From IMG/VR virus record IMGVR_UViG_2585427789_000018: DNA of 5,080 bases, one strand, 5' to 3'. The DNA comes from a virus. Taxonomy: Duplodnaviria; Heunggongvirae; Uroviricota; Caudoviricetes. Each line of letters starts with the position of its first letter. Positions within the stretch are counted from its first letter, which is position 1. Below the pieces are notes generated by a model. The model ran no database searches. It was not told the origin of the DNA and worked only from the letters and a program-made list of their open reading frames with translations. Of this stretch, positions 1 to 3,922 are shown in pieces. The position numbers and the translations under genes were made by a program.

Positions 1-137
1 AAATAAAACTCCAGAATCAAAATAATACAGAAACAAAAACAAAAACAGGCATGTGCTCACATTACCGGAAACGGCAGTGACAACTGCGTATCACCCCGGT
101 GAGACGCAGGCAGGCTTTGCCACGGAATATCCTGTGA

Positions 138-506
138 AGTGCAGCCATAACGTTTAACAGTGATTTTGTCGAAACTCTCCAGCGTCGAGAAGGAGAGACT
201 GCATTCCGGGTTGTTGCACTGGCAGAGTTTCCAGCGGACAGTTCCGGTATCGTTCGCTGCGCGACTGGTGCGGGTGCGTGTGCTCGCACCACAAAAAGGA
301 CACGGAAAAGACACGACGAAGCGGCCAGAAGGGAAGCTACGCCACAACCACAGGCTGCTGCGTTTTCCGGTGAGATACATGTACATCTGCACAACGTCAA
401 CACACAGAATCCGCGCGAACTGGCAAAACTGGTTGGTGAGGCCGTCCGCGAAGAGATGCGCAGACAGGCGCGTACAGGCATGAACAGCTTCCGCGACAGG
501 GACTAA
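138..506 (+). pseudogene. 3' fragment of a tail-module gene (probably P2 gpT-like tape-measure C-terminus); no start codon
   Basis: Frame open from the stop at 135-137 to TAA at 504-506, ending 13 nt before the gpU-like start. The translation ends ...PRELAKLVGEAVREEMRRQARTGMNSFRDRD and contains no initiator Met apart from the last few codons. A second frame is open from 26 to 154, so an indel near 138-154 may have broken a longer gene. Assignment to tape measure rests on P2 synteny (T precedes U), not on recognised sequence. Confidence 0.35.
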
Positions 507-519
507 AGGAGACGCAATT

Positions 520-978
520 ATGATGATGATTTTTGGCATGTTTGTGTTTGAGCTGAAAACGCTTCCGCATCAGCAGATCCAGCAGAGCAAAACATGGCGA
601 CATGTGAAAAATGAGCGCATTAACCGCTCTGCGGCCTGGCAGTATATTGGCGCAGGTGACGATCAGATCACGCTGTCCGGTCTGTTGTACCCGGAAATTA
701 CCGGTGGTGAGGTGTCACTGACACTGCTGAACACCCAGGCCTACACCGGATGTCCCTGGCCGCTGATTGATGGCACGGGGCAGATTTACGGAATGTACGT
801 GATTACAGGATTACAGACCACCCGCTCCGAGCTGGATCGTTACGGAAAGGCAAAAAAGATTGAGTTTTCCATCAGCTTTCAGCGGTGTGATGAGGATATG
901 AGAGAGCGGTTTCAGTCTGCTTCTGCGGGCGAACTGCTGAACGCGCTTAAAGACAAAATGCCTGTGGCTGCATTCTGA
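520..978 (+). CDS. Phage tail protein, P2 gpU-like
   Basis: 152-aa ORF starting ATGATGATG (MMMIFGMFVFELKTLP...), with an AGGAG Shine-Dalgarno at 507-511, 8 nt upstream. The N-terminus and size match my recollection of the P2 GpU family. It follows a tail-gene fragment in the same orientation. Confidence 0.8.
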   Translation: MMMIFGMFVFELKTLPHQQIQQSKTWRHVKNERINRSAAWQYIGAGDDQITLSGLLYPEITGGEVSLTLLNTQAYTGCPWPLIDGTGQIYGMYVITGLQTTRSELDRYGKAKKIEFSISFQRCDEDMRERFQSASAGELLNALKDKMPVAAF

Positions 979-987
979 ATAAAAAAA

Positions 988-1012
988 GAGGGAGTGTAAA
1001 AAGCACTCCCTT
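988..1012. terminator. GC-rich hairpin after the gpU-like gene, flanked by A7 upstream and TTA downstream
   Basis: Stem GGGAGTG (990-996) pairs with CACTCCC (1004-1010) around a 7-nt loop. A7 lies at 981-987 and only TTA follows on the plus strand, so the U-tract is better on the minus strand; it may act bidirectionally. Confidence 0.5.
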
Positions 1013-1103
1013 ATGGCCTTCATGGAAAAGAAGCAAAATGTTGTCAATACATTCTGACTATATATAAATCGCCCGATGATGGCAATGGTGATATTCTGGA
1101 AAT

Positions 1104-1127
1104 AAAAAAAGCCCTCATAAAGAGGGC
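1104..1127 (-). terminator. Intrinsic terminator oriented for minus-strand transcription
   Basis: Stem GCCCTC (1111-1116) pairs with GAGGGC (1122-1127) around a 5-nt loop. It is preceded on the plus strand by A7 (1104-1110), which gives a U7 tract after the hairpin on the minus strand. Confidence 0.5.
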
Positions 1128-1171
1128 AACATGCATTGTGTGAAGATTTAATGTTCTATGTTCCGGAAGGG

Positions 1172-1201
1172 ATTATATTAAGCGGGGATTGTCAATTGCA
1201 A
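1172..1201 (-). promoter_or_regulatory. Candidate sigma70 promoter on the minus strand (TTGCAA-N18-TATAAT)
   Basis: On the minus strand the -35 TTGCAA (plus 1196-1201) and -10 TATAAT (plus 1172-1177) are 18 nt apart. The predicted start near 1165 lies about 40-60 nt upstream of the minus-strand terminator at 1104-1127. The sequence is AT-rich, so a chance match is possible. Confidence 0.3.
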
Positions 1202-1223
1202 TATTTTAATTTGTTATTGCAAT
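1195..1223. promoter_or_regulatory. Two copies of the palindrome ATTGCAAT spaced 21 bp (candidate operator pair)
   Basis: ATTGCAAT occurs at 1195-1202 and 1216-1223, two helical turns apart, overlapping the -35 of the candidate minus-strand promoter. Confidence 0.3.
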
Positions 1224-1291
1224 TGCTGAAAATGTTTCTCGTGTTTTGATTGCCATGATTACAATTTTGTTTGTTACTGTATCTTTGCGGC

Positions 1292-1315
1292 AAAAAAAAG
1301 CCCGCACGGGGCGGG
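1292..1315 (-). terminator. Intrinsic terminator oriented for minus-strand transcription
   Basis: Stem CCCGC (1301-1305) pairs with GCGGG (1311-1315) around a 5-nt loop. It is preceded on the plus strand by A8 (1292-1299), which gives a U8 tract on the minus strand. Confidence 0.55.
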
Positions 1316-1377
1316 AAAAGAATGTTTGCATGTATAGAACACTACGGGATTATAAATAATTTCTGCGTTCTGAAAAG

Positions 1378-1396
1378 TCCTCCCTTTTAAGGAGGA
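1378..1396 (+). promoter_or_regulatory. Hairpin pairing an anti-SD-like UCCUCC with the Shine-Dalgarno GGAGGA
   Basis: TCCTCC (1378-1383) and GGAGGA (1391-1396) form a 6-bp stem around a 7-nt loop. The only strong SD upstream of the ATG at 1409 is inside this stem. Confidence 0.35.
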
Positions 1397-1408
1397 GAGA
1401 TCATACCG

Positions 1409-1459
1409 ATGTATTGTAATAACCTTCATCAATTCACGGAAGTGAAAGTCAACAACTGA
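1409..1459 (+). CDS. Hypothetical 16-aa ORF (MYCNNLHQFTEVKVNN)
   Basis: ATG at 1409 and TGA at 1457-1459. The SD AAGGAGGAG (1389-1397) lies 11 nt upstream and is sequestered in the hairpin. Not hydrophobic; coding status unproven. Confidence 0.15.
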   Translation: MYCNNLHQFTEVKVNN

Positions 1460-1468
1460 ACTTATTTT

Positions 1469-1552
1469 ATGTATACAATCCACTCCGCCAGTTTAATTCT
1501 GTTTTCATCTCTGATTATGAGTGGCGGTAATTTACACAGCCCGGAGTTTTAA
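1469..1552 (+). CDS. Hypothetical 27-aa ORF (MYTIHSASLILFSSLIMSGGNLHSPEF)
   Basis: ATG at 1469, 10 nt after the previous stop, with no own SD. Its TAA overlaps the next ATG as TAATG. It has a hydrophobic core. Confidence 0.15.
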   Translation: MYTIHSASLILFSSLIMSGGNLHSPEF

Positions 1553-1632
1553 TGTTGCCCGCTTTTATGATCTTTAAGCACACCATATTAATCGCCTGCA
1601 TATTACATCTGGTGCCATTTAAATACTTCTGA
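1552..1632 (+). CDS. Hypothetical 26-aa hydrophobic peptide (MLPAFMIFKHTILIACILHLVPFKYF)
   Basis: ATG at 1552 with GGAG (1543-1546) 5 nt upstream. The peptide is strongly hydrophobic and consistent with a single transmembrane helix. Its stop at 1630-1632 is in frame with, and immediately precedes, the degenerate gpU' remnant. Confidence 0.2.
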   Translation: MLPAFMIFKHTILIACILHLVPFKYF

Positions 1633-1640
1633 CGCTGGTT

Positions 1641-1760
1641 TGAAAATCTGGAGTTTACCGTCTGCTTTCAGTGGCGTGATGCGGGGGATGAATTTTAGTT
1701 TGTTTCTGCGGGCGAATTACTGAATACGATTAGAGATGAATGGTGAAGGCTGCATTCTGA
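1641..1760 (+). pseudogene. Degenerate second copy of the gpU-like gene 3' end
   Basis: Plus-strand 1651-1760 aligns by eye with 862-978 of the intact gene, sharing blocks TTCTGCGGGCGAA and GGCTGCATTCTGAA plus the A-tract and hairpin. Its frame reads ...ENLEFTVCFQWRDAGDEF (compare KKIEFSISFQRCDEDMRERF) and hits a premature TAG at 1696-1698. Confidence 0.55.
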
Positions 1761-2302
1761 ACAAAAAAACAGGGGCAAATCCCCCTGTTTCCTGCTACGT
1801 CAGCGGGGCGCTGTCTGTTGTTGTACCGCCTGCCGTCAGGGGCGGCAAATTCCGCACGGTGGAGACGTTGCAGGTGCAGGGGCTGGAATTTGAAGAGCAG
1901 GCCCGTGTGATTGAGCAGTTCACGCACAAATACAACGTCCAGCACATTGGTATCGACGTGACCGGCGGTAACGGTGAGGCAGTGTACCAGATAGTGCGGC
2001 GGTTCTGGCCTGCCGCCGTGCCGTACACGTTCACGCTGGCATCCAAACGCGCGCTTGTGCTGAAGATGCTGCAGATTATTCGTGCGGGGCGCTGGGAGTA
2101 TGACCGGGGCGAACGTGAGCTGGTCAGGGCATTCAACGCTGTGCGCAAGGCAAAAACGGCGGGCGGGGCAATAACGTATGAAACAGACCGCACACGCGGC
2201 GTAAACCACGGCGACCTCGCGTGGGCAACCATGCTTGCCGTCATTAACGAGCCGCTGGGCGATGAGGACGGTGCAACAGGAATGCGGGTGATTGAGTTCT
2301 GA
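1736..2302 (+). pseudogene. 5'-truncated large terminase subunit (P2 gpP-like), nuclease-domain fragment
   Basis: The 188-aa ORF contains HIGIDVTGGNGEAVYQIV and NHGDLAWATMLAVINEP near its C-terminus, which fits the RNase H-like nuclease domain of large terminases. It ends TGATG-overlapped with the portal start. Its first ~18 codons come from the gpU' remnant and terminator, so terminase homology begins near 1795; about 400 N-terminal residues (ATPase domain) are missing. Confidence 0.6.
1763..1790. terminator. Hairpin terminator homologous to the one after gpU (A7, hairpin, TTT)
   Basis: Stem CAGGGG (1770-1775) pairs with CCCCTG (1782-1787) around a 6-nt loop, flanked by A7 (1763-1769) and TTT (1788-1790). 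Confidence 0.5.
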
Positions 2303-3351
2303 TGAAAAAACAAAAACGAAAATATTCGCGCCGCGATGACGGCGTGGCGCTGGCAGAGGCACTGCGCCGCCAGCCGTCGTTAAGCGCCTTCTCGTTCGAC
2401 GGCCCTTACGATGCGCACGCACTCGACCTGCTGGATAACGCATACTGCCTGAGTAACGGCAGATACTACGAAACGCCCGTTGACTGGTACGGACTGGCGC
2501 GGGCATCCCGGCAGACCTCGTGGCACCAGTCGGCGCTGTACTTCAAGCGGAATGCCATACTGGGCTGCTTCATTCCGCACCGGCTGCTCTCCCGGCAGGC
2601 GTTCTCCGCCTTTGCGCTGGACTGGTTTGTCTTCGGGAATGCGTTTCTTGAACTGCGCACCAACAGGCTGGGCGGAAAACTGGAACTACGGCACGCGCTG
2701 GCAAAATACGTCCGTCGTGGTGTTGAGCCGGATGTGTACTGGTTTGTGCAGACGGGGGAGCAGGACCACGAGTTCCGTCAGGGGCGCGTCTGCCATGTGC
2801 TGAACCCCGACATCAACCAGGAGATGTACGGAATGCCGGAATATCTCGGTGGCCTGTTGTCTGCCAGTCTGTCGCACTCGGCAGATCGCTTCCGCAAACT
2901 CTACTATGACAACGGTTCACATGCAGGCTGCATCATTTACGTGGGGGCAGCACAGGTTGATCGCGAAAGTATGCAGGCTCTCGAAAGAGCGTTGCAGGGC
3001 GCAAGAGGCGGTGGGGCATTCAAGAACCTGCTACTCCAGGCACCGAACGGCGGGAAGGACGGTGTGCAAATCCTGCCATTCCAGCAGATCACCGCCCGGG
3101 ATGAGTTCATGAACGTCAAGGCGGCCTCCCGTGATGATGTGCTGGCCGCTCACCGTGTACCACCACAACTGATGGGCGCAATGCCCAGCGGGCAGGGTTC
3201 TTTTGGTGATGTGGAGAAGGCGGCCAGAGTGTTTGCGATCAACGAACTGATGCCGGTGATGGAGGCGATGAAGCACGTTAATGACTGGCTGGGCGAAGAG
3301 GTGATCCGTTTTAACCCTTACGCACTGCTGGATACCCCGCCCATATCCTGA
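2302..3351 (+). CDS. Phage portal protein, P2 gpQ-like
   Basis: 349-aa ORF, close to the ~344 aa of P2 Q. It is translationally coupled to the upstream terminase fragment through TGATG at 2300-2304, the expected terminase-then-portal order. Codon usage is consistent and all other frames are closed. Confidence 0.8.
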   Translation: MKKQKRKYSRRDDGVALAEALRRQPSLSAFSFDGPYDAHALDLLDNAYCLSNGRYYETPVDWYGLARASRQTSWHQSALYFKRNAILGCFIPHRLLSRQAFSAFALDWFVFGNAFLELRTNRLGGKLELRHALAKYVRRGVEPDVYWFVQTGEQDHEFRQGRVCHVLNPDINQEMYGMPEYLGGLLSASLSHSADRFRKLYYDNGSHAGCIIYVGAAQVDRESMQALERALQGARGGGAFKNLLLQAPNGGKDGVQILPFQQITARDEFMNVKAASRDDVLAAHRVPPQLMGAMPSGQGSFGDVEKAARVFAINELMPVMEAMKHVNDWLGEEVIRFNPYALLDTPPIS

Positions 3352-3377
3352 CGCGCTCCGCTTGTCTGCTGCTTCTC

Positions 3378-3401
3378 CGGGGCATAAAAATTTATGCCCC
3401 G
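3378..3401. other. Perfect 11-bp inverted repeat (CGGGGCATAAA-AA-TTTATGCCCCG) 27 nt after the portal stop
   Basis: Arms at 3378-3388 and 3391-3401. No T-tract follows on either strand, so it is not a canonical intrinsic terminator; it could be a transcript-end stability hairpin or a protein-binding palindrome. Confidence 0.5.
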
Positions 3402-3485
3402 ACTCACCAGCTCCGGTGTGTCACGCACCAGGCATCTCAGGGATCTACCAGGTTGAATAACCTGTCAGCACACGTCGCATCAAAG

Positions 3486-3512
3486 TGCATCACAGGCATG
3501 TGATGCATCAGC
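3486..3512. repeat. Cluster of TGCATCACA motifs and overlapping palindromes
   Basis: TGCATCACA occurs at 3486-3494, inverted at 3499-3507 and again directly at 3800-3808. The first two form a hairpin (GCATCACA-GGCA-TGTGATGC, 3487-3506), and the palindrome TGATGCATCA lies at 3502-3511. Confidence 0.4.
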
Positions 3513-3720
3513 CCATACTTCACCACACAACCAATAAAACATCGCGTCAGGGGCACAATCAGCAGCATTTCTGGCGATTTCTGAGGATGCTTTCAGACCC
3601 CAAATTGCGGGCTGTTCCCCCGGCACCTGCGCGCAACAAAAACGCGTTTTTTTGTGCATGCACGGATCCCTGACGGATCCAGCTGCCACGCGGGCCGGAA
3701 GGGTAAAAAGTCGTTCAAAA

Positions 3721-3750
3721 AAATTGTGCAAATTTGTGCACTTTTGTGCA
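3721..3750 (+). repeat. Three tandem 10-bp repeats with core TTGTGCA
   Basis: AAATTGTGCA, AATTTGTGCA and CTTTTGTGCA have cores at 3724-3730, 3734-3740 and 3744-3750, at an exact 10-bp period. A fourth core lies at 3652-3658. Confidence 0.5.
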
Positions 3751-3769
3751 GGTAAGCATGCCCATATAT

Positions 3770-3798
3770 TTGACCGTAGCTTGCCTTTGATGTAGTTT
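3770..3798 (+). promoter_or_regulatory. Candidate promoter (TTGACC-N17-TAGTTT) upstream of an inverted repeat and a strong RBS
   Basis: The -35-like TTGACC is at 3770-3775 and the -10-like TAGTTT at 3793-3798. It is followed by the inverted repeat AACCAC-AAAAC-GTGGTT (3811-3827) and the SD GAGGGGG (3839-3845). The -10 is weak. Confidence 0.25.
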
Positions 3799-3850
3799 AT
3801 GCATCACAAAAACCACAAAACGTGGTTATGATTTCTATGAGGGGGTTGAT

Positions 3851-3886
3851 ATGAAAAAAATGCATGATGAATTTGATGGTTTCTAA
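3851..3886 (+). CDS. Hypothetical 11-codon ORF (MKKMHDEFDGF) with a strong RBS
   Basis: ATG at 3851 lies 5 nt after GAGGGGG, and TAA at 3884-3886. It sits 37 bp before the IS186 end. It could be a leader peptide or the decayed start of a gene. Confidence 0.15.
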   Translation: MKKMHDEFDGF

Positions 3887-3922
3887 GCTACGTTGACCTC
3901 TAATGAGGCGGGGATTTGCTCC

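Noticed and set aside
1-56. AT-rich, A-tract-rich first 56 nt as a possible attachment site or insertion-element end
   Set aside because: There is too little sequence and no recognisable inverted repeat, tRNA fragment or direct-repeat partner in the window. It cannot be supported.
57-539. Minus-strand ORFs of 160 and 139 aa, and the plus-strand 107-aa ORF at 160-483
   Set aside because: They overlap the tail-gene fragment and the gpU start in alternative frames, have no RBS and implausible composition. The frame that continues into TAA 504-506 and matches operon spacing is the coding one.
811-1047. 78-aa minus-strand ORF
   Set aside because: It is antisense to the 3' end of the gpU-like gene and runs through the terminator hairpin; likely spurious.
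1274-1483. 69-aa minus-strand ORF in the AT-rich islet
   Set aside because: It reads straight through the minus-strand terminator hairpin and U-tract (1292-1315) before reaching its stop, and has no RBS. It is more likely non-coding or sRNA-bearing sequence.
1730-2506. 258-aa minus-strand ORF (and the 172-aa ORF at 1795-2313) antisense to the terminase fragment and portal start
   Set aside because: It lies entirely antisense to well-supported coding sequence in GC-rich DNA. The translation is Arg/Pro/Cys-rich and of low complexity, typical of a shadow ORF.
2380-3276. Several 60-107-aa ORFs in alternative frames and strands inside the portal gene
   Set aside because: They are nested within a confidently assigned 349-aa portal CDS and are shadow ORFs of GC-rich coding DNA.
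3480-3731. Plus-strand 62-aa His-rich ORF and overlapping minus-strand 83-aa ORF between the portal and IS186
   Set aside because: They overlap each other across the palindrome-rich region, lack an ATG with a usable RBS and have odd composition. I treat the region as non-coding.
3721-3750. Possibility that the TTGTGCA repeats are a CRISPR array
   Set aside because: The repeats are only 7-10 bp with no unique spacers between them. This is a binding-site-like tandem array, not CRISPR.
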